Source of the DNA: Macrostomum lignano | Lineage: Eukaryota | Direction: 5' to 3' | Assembly: GCA_002269645.1 (NCBI GenBank) | Contig: NIVC01000872.1 | Location: forward strand, 1 to 64,000 | DNA length: 64,000 bases | Shown: positions 49,961-63,186 of the stretch, piece after piece | Layout of the letters: every line of letters starts with the position of its first letter | Position numbering within the stretch: the first letter of the stretch is position 1 | Program-made: the position numbers and the translations under genes | Notes under the pieces: generated by a model | Told to the model about the DNA's origin: nothing | The model's input: the letters and a program-made list of their open reading frames with translations, nothing else | Databases searched by the model: none

Positions 49961-50500
49961 TTCACCACTAGGGCTCTGTTCCAAATGAAGCCGTCGAAGG
50001 AGATGGCCGGTCTCACAATGGCAGTGTACATCTACCAGAGGCGACGGGGGTGAGGCCCTGTCAACCTGTGGTCGAGGGTGACGCCCAAACATCTGGTTTG
50101 TTTTCCGCGATAACAGGTTTGCGATATAGTGAGAGCGGGTCAATTATCCAGTTTCGGCGGCTGGTGAACATGATAGCCACGGTTTTAGACTCAGAGAACC
50201 TGAGACCGCAGCTGTGTGCCCAGCGCTCGGCACAGTGGATGAAGTCTTGGATGATGTCTCTGAGGACCGCGAGTGATGGTCCAGTCACAGTGGCGGTAAC
50301 ATCGTCCGCATGCGACCTTTTGATCGGGGTCCGGATGCGGGCTGCAGAACAGCTCGTCCATGACCAAGTTTCAGATATCGGGCTGAGGACTCCACCTTGT
50401 GGTCCGCCTTTCTGGACCTCCACAGAGCGGAAGTGTCCTAGGAGGTGCGAGTTGACAGTACAATTGAAGACCAATTTTTTATCCAGCGGATAAGGTGCCC
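49960..50500 (-). mobile_element. R1/LOA/I-like LINE reverse-transcriptase fragment
   Basis: KGGPQGGVLSP, HADDV and WAHSCGLRFSESKT..IMF motifs. Confidence 0.8.
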
Positions 50501-51293
50501 GTGCGTGCCCCACTCTAAAACAGTGTAAAACAATTGAACTATAGTAAGCAGGAATAATACATAAATAGTGAGAGTAACGTAGAGGCTATTTATTGAAATA
50601 AATTGAGACCAAGTCGCTGTTTTTTGGTGTATGTTTAATTAATTGAGTAATAAATTAGGTTTCTATTCATAACTTAAAGTAGCTTGGTTTCAGTAGGTAC
50701 CGTATATTTACAGTGTATGGTTTTCTGCCGCAAATTTCTATAGAAATCTATTGCATTATAACAAATTACGAACTATATAAGCTTGAAAAACGGCTGGAGT
50801 GGGACTGCATTGAAAATTACTGAACAAGAAGCTGGTTTGTGATATTAGTTCGATTTCACAATAATATATGAGGAATCAGAATTCAAAAGAAGTTTCTTGG
50901 CGAAGCAAGGATCGATATTACATGTAAATTAAGTAATTTTATGGAACATTAGAATGTAAAATAAGCAAGCATGTTACAGTTATTTGACAGTGTCTAAATC
51001 TAGTGCCCCTGTAACGCGTCCGGTATATTTATAATATTACTAGCGGAGGAGAGTATTAGCAACGTATGGTTCAGCAGCTACGTCTGTCAGTCCTGGACGA
51101 TTTACTATACTAGTAGCATAAGAAATCTTACTGTCTTAGTATGAATGCGTACACTGGTGATCGGCTCTGATTATAATTATTGTATCTCATGAAGTACAAG
51201 CTATTTGCTTCCCGGATTAGGCCCTTGCGGATTACTTTAAGACTCGAGCCTCTTCATTGGGAAGTTCTCTCAACTCTCAGTAGCGTAGGTAGT

Positions 51294-52236
51294 GCTGCCA
51301 CCAGTTCCTTCAGGTCTCGGCCTTCGATGAGGTGAGCTTCCCGTCGGAACGAAATAAACAAGTCAACGAACTCAGAACAGCGTGCAGATTTGCAGATTAA
51401 TGAACAAGGCGTCCTGATCAGCAGATCCCCGCCGGGCTCAGGGGTGGCTGGGAAGGCAGTGTTAGCCTCCCTTAGGCTTGGGCTTTAGTGGGTCTCAGTC
51501 AGACCAGTACAAACGGATTCAGTACGCAAAGGGCACTTAGTTAGACACTGACGCACACGGGATCTTAGTGAATTCTCCGCAGATAAGAAGCCAAAACAAT
51601 TCCTTGACGGAAACAAGGGGAGAGGGGTCCTATTTATAGCCGGGAAACACCCACGCACAAGACCTCGTGACTTGTTCTATTTTTAGAACTGACGTCACTT
51701 GAGATCTCGAGGCAGGGTCTCAGTGCGCGCAAGACCTCGTGACTCGTTCTATTTTTAGAACTGACGTCACTTGAGGTCTCCGGCCAGAGTACACGCGGCT
51801 GTGACTCAGTTGCTATTTTTAGCAGCATGAGTCACTCCTCTCCTTAGAGAAGGGAGGGGTCCGAAAGCACGTGATTCTCCCGGTAAACAGGGCCAACGAG
51901 TGCAGTAAACATGTTTACTGCACTTTAGGACTCGAAGAACGCAGAGTCTGTCATGTGACTTGCTCACATGACAGAGGAAAACGGGACGGGAACGAAACAG
52001 AGACAGCCCACAGCAAAGAAGCTGAGGGCTGAGAACAGAGACGCAGAAGGGCAGAACAGGCCAAGGGCAGCAACAGACGGGCCAAGGGGGCGGGAAGCTG
52101 ACCAGCGGCAGACAGCAACCCAGGGCGAGGGCGAGGGAGACTGCTGACAAAGTGGGACGCCTAACATCAACTAGCGGATCACTACACTCACGTACATGCT
52201 AATTTGATCTACGTCCAAGGCTGCCACACGCTTACA
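51294..52236 (-). mobile_element. Probable LTR (~51304-52236) plus tRNA-Leu-type PBS; internal region missing
   Basis: Minus strand: TGTAAG start, TATAAATA box (~51628-51635), 72-bp enhancer-like direct repeat (51659/51731), then TGGTGGCAGC (51294-51303), complementary to a tRNA-Leu 3' end. The LTR 3' CA is not canonical. Confidence 0.45.
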
Positions 52237-52689
52237 GAAAAGGCTAAGAACTTACATGTTTAAATAATGAGTCGCATTTCTTGGAAACGGAAACCAAATT
52301 ACCAAAATACGTAATATTAGAACCCTAGAATAAATTATGCATATAATTCAAACAGCTAAGTATCTGACTAAAGTTAAAATACACCATGTAAATAAACTAG
52401 ATTCGAATTACAGAACTGTCAAACCGTTACACCCCTTCGGGGCGGCCGATAAGAAAGAGCGAAATTTATTTGTTTAAATTCTGGTAGTGATTAGTATGGT
52501 GTCACTGGTAACAATAAGCAATTTTAATAATTTTAATAATTTTAATACTTTTTTGCGCTGGTAGCTATGTACAGTACAGTGCCGATTAAAGAAAATACAC
52601 TAGCGATTGCTTACACGGTTCGTAAAATTTAAGTCAGAAACTTAATTGAAATCGTGTTTCTTTACATTTGCATCTTACAAAAGCAGCAC

Positions 52690-53714
52690 TTTCTCAGGAG
52701 ATGACACGCACGAACTTCGCTGAGCAACTTTCTTGCCTCTTCGTTAATTGCAAATGGTCACCAGTTCTGGTGTAGTTCCAGGATACTGGCTGCTGGTCCC
52801 TTCAAGAACCTGGTTAAAAATGTGCTTTGCGTATGCCTTCTTCCCCTCTCCACGAAGATTTCCCATGGTCATTTTAAAGCGCTCGAATCCTGGGATGGAA
52901 ATCCTGGACATCAGCTTGGCGAAATACTTGGCACTGGGGCTTTCAATCTTGATTGTGTGAAGCAAGCGCGGATCAATCGACTCAGTGGAGAAATAAATAG
53001 GGCTTTGAAAATCTCCGATTTCGTCGTACTCTGACAGTGTTTGACAGCGTGGATCAATATCCTCGATTGGAAGTTCGAATTTCCTTGTGGTTTTGATTTT
53101 AGCTGCAGTCGAAAATTGAATTTTTGGAGTCTCGGCGCGTGGAGTCTCGGCGCGTGGAGTCTCGGCGCGTGGGGTCTCGGCGCGTGGGGCCTCGGCGCGT
53201 GGGGTCTCAGCGAGTGAAGTCTCGGCGCGTGGGGCCTCGGCGCGTGGAGTCTTGGCGCGTGGAGTCTCGGCGCGTGGGGCCTCGGCGCTGGGGGCCTCTG
53301 CGCGTGGGGTCTCGGCGCGTGAAGTCTCAGCGCGTTGAGTCATTGAGCTCATGGAGTGCTCATTGGTTACTTTCAGAGTTAAGAAGGACATTGTATCCTT
53401 GATTTCTCTTACATCTTTCTGAATCTGACTGACTGCTGATGAGAGCTCCTGTAGGTGCACTACAATCAAGGAGTTGACGACACTGCCGTCATTCTGCTTC
53501 AGACGATTAAACTCTTCTCGATACCTCCAAGCTCTCTGGCCAGAGATGATTCAGAGATCGAACCGACTGATCCGATCCGAACTGCGACGAACCGAATGGC
53601 AGCGTTGGCAGCCGCCTCTTGCTGATTTGCCGCCTCTGCAGGCTTCGCGCGGCTGATGACTGTAGCTACGGCAGTTTTTTGAGCCGTGGACTTTCTCAGA
53701 ATCTTCTTCGCCAC
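52690..53714 (-). pseudogene. Coiled-coil + (ETPRA)n + possible BEN-like domain gene, disrupted
   Basis: LSSAVSQIQKDVREIK coiled coil, 15-bp pentapeptide repeats at 53120-53335, and SAKYFAKLMSRI...NLRGEGKKAY...YP with a frameshifted AINEEARK end. Small upstream exons at ~53800-54000. Confidence 0.4.
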
Positions 53715-54399
53715 TGTTGTCGAAGCAGTTGCCTTCCTTTTTAGAGGGCTTCAAGGAACAGTGGCATGAGTGACTTCAGAGTTTCCCTCATTTCCAACTT
53801 TCAGGTAGCATCCAGTAGAATTCACACCTTGCTCCTCCCTTTGATTCTTCGACTACGAATTTAAATAATTAGCAAGCTTACCGGATACAGCAAGAATTTC
53901 GAAAAGCTGTTCGTCTCCATGGTAGCTTATTGTGATTTCTTCTTCGACCTCCGGCACTGCCTGCTTGTACCTGCATCCAGAAAGTCTGTTGTCGTGAAGA
54001 GCATCGGCTCATTTGTAGAAAAATTAAAGAAATAATAATAAAAGTATCAACTTGAGTTGTCCGTAAGATACCGATTGATATTGAGTATTAAAACAATAAA
54101 CAAGGATTATGCGCTAAATCATTTCTCATTTCTCAAAGCATTTCATGCCTCCCTACCTCCCGCCAACGAGAACAGCCAATGGGGTGTATGCTTTCGCAGA
54201 GTATGAAGAAAATTCAGATACACTTCTCTCTTCCCCTACACCCTTTGCTCTTTCTCTCTCACTCCTTTCTCATTCTTGCTGATGGCAGCTTCAGAAGGCG
54301 GGAGAAGATACTCAAAACTTTTAGTTTGAAACCTATGCAAAAATATCACTTTTTATGTAAGAGCTGTTTTGTAATTGCACGAGGGCGAGGGCCTCCCCA

Positions 54400-54610
54400 A
54401 ACGGCCTCTCTCCTCCCTCCTTCTCCCTGCAGCCTCTCTCTCCTTCTCTCTCCTTCTCCCTGCCGCCTCTTACCTTCTCTCTCCTTCTCCCTGCCGCCTC
54501 TCTCCTCTCCTTCTCCCTGCCGCCTCTCTCCTCTCTCCTCCCTGCAGCCTCTCTCCTTCTCTCTCCTCCCTGCAGTCTCTCTTCTCCCTATCGCCTCTCT
54601 CCTCCCCCTG
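54400..54610. repeat. Pyrimidine-rich minisatellite related to 36730-36900
   Basis: Direct read. Confidence 0.85.
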
Positions 54611-55087
54611 TCGCTTGGTCCCCTACCCGTACCCCCTACCCCTTAGGTATCCTAGTCCGGTGGATGCCACGTCTAAGAGGATGGACAAGTTGAGCTCCCG
54701 TCATTCGTCGTGCTTGGTCACCTCTTTCAATTTGTTTTAGTGGAGCAAATTTTTTAGGCTGATTTTGGTACGGCGACATCCTGGACTGGACATGCGTACA
54801 TCACTGATTATTATTGAGGAAATATTCAGATTTTGCTGGATGCTACTGAACAGCACCCGTACAGTAGCTAGCTGGTAATTTTTAGTTAAATTATGTTGCA
54901 AATGCAACCCTCACAGCTACTTTTTTGCTCTGAAACGCTATATTTCTGTTATTTATAAAGTGTAAAGTTCAATAGGCGGTCGGATATCATAGTATTGACT
55001 CACTGTAACTGATAATTGTTTATGATAGCTTGTATCTTGGTTTTTTCCGGATGTATTTATGAATAGCATTCTTTCACGGCTATATCT

Positions 55088-56844
55088 TCACCCAATAGCG
55101 CTAGCAGCCAGCAGCTGCAGAGCTACTCGTCCGTGTTTGTCAGACGAGTTGCCTCCGGTGGCGCCGGTGCAGTCGATGCCGCTGCAGAACGAGCCGCCGC
55201 CGCCTCCAGAGTGGCGGTAGCCCAGTCCAGCTCCGCCACCGCTGAAGCCTCCGCCAGCTCCGCCGGCTCCCCTCAGGGTCTCGGTTTCGCCTCCACCGCC
55301 TCCACCGCCTCCACCGCCGCCACCTCCGCCGAAGCCGCCTTTGCCAGCGCTGCCGTCTCCGGCTCTGCCGCCGATCCAGCCGTCTTCCAAACCACCCCCT
55401 CGTTAGCCATCACCGGAGCCTCGCCTCGGGTTGACGGCCCTGCCCAGCCAGCCGGCGCCGCAGCCGCCGTGGAACATAAAGGATGAAGCTCGACTCGGAT
55501 CATTGAAGCCCGGCTGACCGTTGGCGCCACCAAAGCCTCTTGTCAAATCAATGCCACCGATGGAATCCGTTCCGTTCATGTCTATCCGTCCCGGTCCTCC
55601 GTCTAGTGGTTTAAATGCTCGCGATTGTTGTTCTGTTTCTGTTGAATTTTAAAAAAAAAGAAGAAATTTTCTCACCACTCGCTCCCCGAGAAGAGCAGCC
55701 GCCGCCGCCACCAGCCGCCATCAGCAGCTGCTGGTCCGCAGTCCGGTACACGAAGCTGCCTCCGCCGCCGCCGGCTCCCGATGTATTTGAGTTGGCAGAG
55801 CCGCCCGCCTGCCCGACCACGATAGAGAGCTGGGTGCCGGCTGTCAGGTTGAAGCTGCCAGCTGCCAAGGCGCCGAGACCTCCACTTGTCTCAGTGAACG
55901 AGTTGTCGCCGCCTTTGGCTCCGGCCACCACGATGCGGTAGCAGCCGGTGACGTTGATCAGAGCGAGCTGGATGGAGCCGTTTCTGCCTGAGCTTCTGTC
56001 TGTGGATTTTGAGTGCCCCTAATATAAATAAACTGATGCTGCTGTTATACTTAGTTAGGAATCAATTTCTGAAGTCCAAATAGGTCATTAATAGTTCAAA
56101 ATAGTCACCAACTGAAGTAGTTTCAATGTATTTTTATTTTATGCGATGGGAGAGACTTAACTCACTCAAAAAAAATCGCACCGTGTTCTTCATTGAAATG
56201 GAAGCAGCAAAGCTCTTAGCTGCCTAGACTCTGTCTCCAGCTTCCGCTCCGAGAAGCCGACTCACGTGAGTTCTTGGAGGTCCTGCCGACATCAGGGAGT
56301 CAAAGACGGTGACAATTCGACAAATTTGCATCAACTTGTTGAGCACTGCAAGGACTCAGAACTTTTCTTGGCACAGAGCCAAGTACGAGCTACTTGATGC
56401 CGGATTGAACTCCAGTCACGTTTACGACGTCACTCTTGATGCTTGCGTTGAAAAGCACGGGTTTCTCGTAGTCAACAAAGCGATTAACAGCGCTCTGGGA
56501 CTTGGTCGACTCTGAAATGGGTTACGTAAGGACTTAGCTAGTCACCACACTGAATAAAATTTTTCAGTAAACTGAAACTACCAATCAATAACCTGAAAGA
56601 CTGCTTTGATAGAAGGGACTCAAGAAAGCGGGTAGAATTAACCAAAGTCGATTTTTTTTGCATTTTGAAATCTATTTATAGTTTTGTACAATCGTTTTAG
56701 ATTTAGTCTTTACGAATTTTGGGATTTTGAAAGCCTTGGTTTTTGGTAGTGCCTAAAGCCCTCAGCCAGTTCTTCAAACTTACCAGTACCGCCAAGAACA
56801 TCAACTGACGCTAAAGTTAGTAAAACCAGAAGACACAAACTCAT
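55088..56844 (-). pseudogene. Paralog C: diverged PAN + ALK/LTK glycine-rich gene, 4 exons (56784-56844, 56166-56511, 55676-55999, 55088-55602), multiple lesions
   Basis: Leader MSLCLLVLLTLASVDVLGGT. The PAN exon carries a frameshift plus TGA/TAG stops, and there is an in-frame TAA at 55403-55405. Splice positions are homologous to A and B. Confidence 0.82.
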
Positions 56845-57577
56845 GACTAATTGCAGGGTTGAACAGTTGCTACACAGGTAATGCAGATGTGTTTCTTTGC
56901 AGCTGGGACCAAAGACTCTACTTTTTCACGCCCAATTTGCAATTCCCATTTAAACTGTAGTTTGTTGATTGACATCAAACACAGGACCCCTGCGAAAGTC
57001 GTTACATTTAAGTCAGCATCAACCCAGCAGCAGCTTCTGCAACATCTTTGACAGCGAACATTTATGCAAAACGTTTTTTAGAGTCTGATACGTTATATTT
57101 GCCTTCATCTCCTACTTTCCCAGCTATCAAATGTGTGCCACAGTGGCTGTCATTTGTTTGCCTTGGGGCAATAAATCATTTATTTTCGCTCGTCCATGAG
57201 ACATTGACACTTGGTCTCTAAAGGGGTAGGATAAAAGATCGAAGATAAAATAATTTCAGAATACTTCTAGATTTTTATCGAAGTGGCAAATAAATTATAT
57301 ATTATTTTCGTCCTCAAGGTCACATAACCATACTGTGTATCCTCATCCGCCTTCGGGGCGAATGGGAAGCACGAGGTTTTCTCTAAGGCAAGTGCTATAG
57401 GATTAGAAAAGCTATTGTCTAGGATAAAGTAGAAAAAGTAACCTTGAATTCGACTAGCCAGTAAAAGTGTTTATGCTGTATTGTAAATGAAAAATGATCA
57501 CTACAGCGGAACAGCAAATGCAGAGATAAACTCACAAATAAAGAATCTAAAGATATAATCAGCCATGGTCCTCTTAA

Positions 57578-59394
57578 CAGTAGAACTACCAAGGGGGGGG
57601 GGGGAAAATTCCCCCCCCCTGACAATTTTTTTTGCTGCGCCGGAACGGAGCAACGCAGGCACACGAAATTCAAGAACACGGGCTAACTTTTTGTTGCGCA
57701 CCTTCTCAAACAAGAATCAAGTCGCCAGCCCTTCGGACCGTCGAGATATTCGACGATTCTGCCAGAAGGTCGGATTTTTACCATAAGCGCTAGTGTATTC
57801 AGTACACCCCTGTGCGCCAAATAGCACTGCGCCTCAGTGCAGCCTTGCCAAGTCTCCAAATTTCATCAGCACGTCGACCAAATGTGTCTGCATGATGAAA
57901 AATCACGCTCAGGTGTCCTTACTCCCCTGGTGCCACCTGTTGAAGGTGCCGACGGCGTCGGGGTGATGGCTGAATGCTTGACTGACTAGCTGAGGATGTC
58001 CAGCAGTTGAGGTTTGCTCATTATTGAAGCTTGATAAGAAAAACCTGACATATTTGCAAAAGGACGTCCATAGTCACCTGGTGTAATCTGTTGAAGGAGC
58101 CGACGGCGTCGGGATGATGACGGAAGGCTTGAGAGACTAGCTGAGAATGTCCAGCAGTTGATTTTTGCCCACTGTCGAGGCTTGATCGGCGAAACTAGAG
58201 AAATCAGCATCAGGTTGTCCATAGTCATCTGGTGTCATTTGTTGAATGTGCCGACGTCATCGGGGTGATGACGGAATGCTTGAGAGACTAGCTGACAATG
58301 TCCGTTGGTTGAGGTTTGCCCATTATTGAAGCTTGATAAGAAAGACCTGACATAGTTGCAAAAGGACGTCCATAGTCACCTGATGCCACCTGTTGAAGGT
58401 GCCGACGGTGTTGGGATGATGGCGGAAGGCTTGAGAGACTAGCTGAGAATGTCCAGCAGTTGATTTTTGCCCACTGTCGAGGCTTGATCGGCGAAACTAG
58501 AGAAATTCGCATCAGGGTGTCCATAGTCACTTGGTGTCATCTGTTGAAGGAGCCGACGGCGTCGGGATGATGACGGAATGCTTGAGAGACTAGCTGAGAA
58601 TGTCCAGCAGTTAGGCTTGCCCACTGTCGAGGCTTGATCGGCGAAACTAGAGAAATTCGCATCAGGGTGTCCATAGTCACTTGGTGTCATCTGTTGAAGG
58701 AGCCGACGGTGTCGGGATGATGACGGAATGCTTGAGAGACTAGCTGACAATGTCCGTCGGTTGAGGTTTGCCCATTATTGAAGCTTGATAAGAAAGACCT
58801 GACATATTTGCAACAGGACGTCCATAGTCACCTGATGCCACCTGTTGAAGGTGCCGACGGTGTCGGGATGATGAAGGAATGCTCAGGAGACTAGCTGAGG
58901 GTGTCTGGCAGTTGAGGCTTGCCTACTGTCGAGGCTTGATCGGTGAAACTAGAGAAACTCGCATCAAGGTGTTCATAGTCACCTGGTGCCACCTGTTGAA
59001 GGTCTAGAAGCTCCGTCTCGGGGAAGGCCAGTAACCAACGAAGTCAGAACTGATGCAGACACATTTGGTCGACGTGCTGATGAAATTTGGAGACTTGGCA
59101 AGGCTGCACTGAGGCGCAGTGCTATTTGGCGCACAGGGGTGTACTGAATACACTAGCGCTTATGGGAAAAATCCGACCTTCTGGCAGAATCGTCGAATAT
59201 CTCGACGGTCCGAAGGGCTGGCGACTTGATTCTTGTTTGAGAAGGTGCGCAACAAAAAGTTAGCCCGTGTTCTTGAATTTCGTGTGCCTGCGTTGCTCCG
59301 TTCCGGCGCAGCAAAAAAATTGTCAGGGGGGGGGGAATTTTTCCCCCCCTCTTGGTAGTTCGACGGGCGGAAAAATGGCTTGGTATTCCTACTG
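57578..59394. mobile_element. Non-autonomous TTAA-flanked foldback element (piggyBac/Kolobok-like target) with ~310-bp inverted arms
   Basis: TTAA|CAGTAG...CTACTG|TTAA. Near-identical inverted repeats at 57583-57893 and 59053-59361; the right arm is offset ~33 bp from the terminus. Confidence 0.6.
57910..59000. repeat. ~151-bp satellite-like tandem array, ~7 units of two subtypes, inside the foldback element
   Basis: catagtcac anchors recur about every 150 bp (~58069 to ~58973). Confidence 0.9.
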
Positions 59395-62300
59395 TTAATG
59401 GTCATTTCAATGGCGAGCTGCCTCTTCCTGTCTCTTCCTTGTTGAAAAATTTCCAAAGACCAATCTCGAGCGATCCTCAGACGAAATTCTTTATTGTGAG
59501 GATCGGATCACGAGTGTCATCAGAAATGAGGGACGACAGGGAGACAGGAGTGCAGGCTGGCAACTACGCTCGTAAGGACACAGATCTCCTTTTCGTCGAA
59601 TTTGAATTCACTTGGACTAGCTTTTTGCCATACTGTGTGTTCATACACTAACGCCCACCTGCAGAAATAGATGAACTGATTTTGGATTCAGTTTTAATGA
59701 GCAACTAACAGCAAAACCTCAGTACGAGGTACTATTAGTATAGTACAACACACCAGAAAATAATAAACGAAAGTTTTAAACTGGTTTTGCAAACACTTTT
59801 TGCAGTCCTAATACTCAACTCATTTAATCCTTATGAACTGCTGTCATATATTGATGTATTTTACATAATCAAACATTGGAAGTATATGTCAGAAAATACT
59901 GTCTTGAAAAGGCCCTTTTATTGTATTGAGTTGAATCTGTCAGTACTGATCCGGGAACCTTAATAAAACAGAATGTGCTGCAGCAAGTCAAGAGCAGAGA
60001 CAAAAAGCAGCTGTTCCAACAGGAAAGAGATATTAGTCAAGTTAAGCACTAAGCACTAAGCAAGCCATAGCAAACGACGTACGACCTAGATCGACTTCCC
60101 TGAATTAATTTAACTTGGATTCTGAAGAGTACTTATGGCCAATCGGAGAAGGAGAGTAAGTAGAGAGGCTTAGAGCTAAAAAAATCATTTTGCTTATTGC
60201 TTTTGTACATGCTTTGAGCTACGTTGGAAACAGTTGGAAACAGAAAGAAGAAGTTGTGCTCGTGCATACATGCAGAGTTTAGGTAGAAGCTTAAATTCCT
60301 CTCCCTTGTGGACGTACATGAGGCCCATGAGGGAGCTCAGTGCACATTCAGATCAACAGTTAACACGTCTCGCGTCAAGGGTTTCCAGATTCGATTCCAC
60401 GCTGCGGGGCTTGTGAGAAAAAGTTGGCCCAAAGGGTAAATGCAACTCTTCTCAAAAGTGTGTACATGCCTGAGTATGAGAAAGTCTGCGTCAAAGTGTG
60501 CCTGGGCGTATGGCCATTTAGGCCTTGCTATCACTGGTTGCAGAGCTCTCAACGACATGGTTCAACATCAAGCTAGCAAGGCAGCTCTGCCAATAATCAA
60601 AATCGCATAAGCGCGTAGCTACTTGTCGCTTGCAAACTCTGTGCTAAAATGCATCGTTAGTTCCTTGAAACGATTAAAAAGGTACAAGCACGGTAATATA
60701 AGGCTATAAGATGAATATGGTAATACAAAATTTCATAATACATTATACACGAGCTATGTACGACATAAAAATTCCATAGAGCACACCGATAAAGAAAAAC
60801 GTACAATTGCTAGATCTACGTTCGTACTGTCGCTGGTCGCTAGGCATAGTTATTCGTGCCAATAGGAAGGGATTATGGCAATTTTCCTACACAAAAAATT
60901 GGGGAGCGTGGACCGGAGCGGGCGAGAATGGCGTTGGAAAAAAATATTTCCCATTTCCTTTCCCAGCCGAATAGGCGGGTAGCTTAGAAAGGGACACACA
61001 TTTTTTTCTCCTCGGCTCGTCCTCTCACGAACGGTTCCTCGTTTCATCAGTTCTACCGCCATCCCCTCAACTGCCCTGGAGGCCTAAAATCCTGTTTCCG
61101 AATCTGCAAATGCACCACCTCTCTTTTCATGCCTACTAGAGCTGTTACAACCGTATTTCCTTCCCCAATATATTAAAGCAGATTGCGACAATCTCAGTCT
61201 TGGGGATTGCAACAAATTTTCTTCTTTCAAAGACGGGTGCTGAAGTAGTCCAGCCTAACAGATGGACGAGGAAGACTATGTCGGATCGGCGCTGCCACCA
61301 CTGCCGCCTCGGTACCGGCTCAGGGATGTCATTCTCGGTGGCGACTACGGCACTGCGGACGACGATTCTGACAGGTGAGCTAATCTTCTGGCAAATGGCT
61401 ACTTCATTTCTTAGAATGAAAAAGTTTTAGTTAAAAAATCCTGCTATGATCTTATTAGTGAATACTTGTTTTTTTTCACATTGTATGTGAAATTCTCCCC
61501 TAGATGGAAAAACCTTTGGTAGAAGCACCTTGTAGACGATATTGAGCGTTCATTCGAGCACCAAACGCTCTGACTAAGACGATTAACCCGAACTCTCACC
61601 TTCAGCGGATAAGGCATTTGATTAACGACTTTGCCGATGCTAAGAGAAGAAGGACTTGCAATACAATTCCCCGTATGCTCGTGTGCCTTTTTTGAAAATG
61701 GTGTTGCCAAATATCTCGAGGGAAATTCGGAATTTTCCAAGTTTCCAACTTTCACGTCTACATAACTTTTAACTTATCTAATGGCATTCATTTTACTTTT
61801 TCTAATGATTATTTACCATTAGTAACTTTAGTTGTAATGAACTCTCTATTATTTATAAGGTCAACAATTTATTAGAAAGCTCGCAATTAATAAAGTTAAT
61901 GACGAAATTTTAATATGTAAACTCGAATCCTATGGTGTTTTAATAAAGTCCATATTAGTCCATAAAGTCCGTCTGGCTAATGTTCCCAACGTGTATCCAC
62001 GTTGATGACAGATATGTACGCTCGTACTTTTACATTACATCGACAGATAACGAACAACGTGATATGTCGGCTGAACCTTGGATTGCAGTACAGGAGTGGA
62101 CGCCAGCTAGAGGGGGTTTCAATCATATTTGCAATCGCTCTGTGCATACAAAACAATAACAACATAAATTGAGATTATACCAACAGATATCTCCACTGAT
62201 TAATGTAAATTTAGATTGAGGCGAACTGAAAATCAGTGCTTACACATATCTACCGAGTTTGCATTTGCACCCGCCATACCGCTTCATTTCTTTTATGTTG

Positions 62301-62680
62301 CTCGTCCAATCTATCCTATTTTTCTCTCCGTCTCACGTTGCCCCGCCGCGTCCGCTGACTGAATCCCATCCATCCGACGTCACTCCTTCATCCCATTCGG
62401 GATTGTTTATCCGGTCTAATTAATTGGCTGCGGGAGCGCACAGATTGTAGGGAAGTTGCAAATTCACCCGCAGACTAAACTGACGCAAATCACTCCCCTT
62501 TATAACTATTTATGCGCCCAGAAGCTTCAGATCACCCTATGATTAATAGGCAATGTGCAAAACTACAGAAAATACTTTCCAGATTCTGTCATCGTAGTGT
62601 AGCAGGCTTAGCTCGTACTATGGCCGTACCTTTCCCTTCGATTGTGCGTCAAGTATAAAGCCATTAGAAATTCCATCTTT

Positions 62681-63186
62681 CCCCCGGTGCTGGCGCCCCC
62701 GGTGCTGGCGCCCCCGGTGCTGGCGCCCCCGGTGCTGGCGCCCCCGGTGCTGGCGCCCCCGGTGCTGGCGCCCCCGGTGCTGGCGCCCCCGGTGCTGGCG
62801 CCCCCGGTGCTGGCGCCCCCGGTGCTGGCGCCCCCGGTGCTGGCGCCCCCGGTGCTGGCGCCCCCGGTGCTGGCGCCCCCGGTGCTGGCGCCCCGGTGCT
62901 GGCGCCCCCGGTGCTGGCGCCCCGGTGCTGGCGCCCCCGGTGCTGGCGCCCCCGGTGCTGGCGCCCCCGGTGCTGGCGCCCCCGGTGCTGGCGCCCCCGG
63001 TGCTGGCGCCCCCGGTGCTGGCGCCCCCGGTGCTGGCGCCCCCGGTGCTGGCGCCCCCGGTGCTGGCGCCCCGGTGCTGGCGCCCCCGGTGCTGGCGCCC
63101 CCGGTGCTGGCGCCCCCGGTGCTGGCGCCCCCGGTGCTGGCGCCCCCGGTGCTGGCGCCCCCGGTGCTGGCGCCCCCGGTGCTGGC
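62681..63186. repeat. GC-rich 15-bp minisatellite (cccccggtgctggcg), ~33 copies, resuming at 63720-63800
   Basis: Direct read. Confidence 0.97.

Noticed and set aside
56309-56515. Plus-strand 68-aa ORF
   Set aside because: Antisense shadow of the decayed PAN exon of paralog C.
57986-58750. Repeated minus-strand ORFs suggesting a repeat protein
   Set aside because: The ~151-bp unit is not a multiple of 3 and frames shift every unit.
59400-62200. Scattered 60-100-aa ORFs
   Set aside because: No recognisable motifs, frequent stops, and no consistent exon chain could be built.
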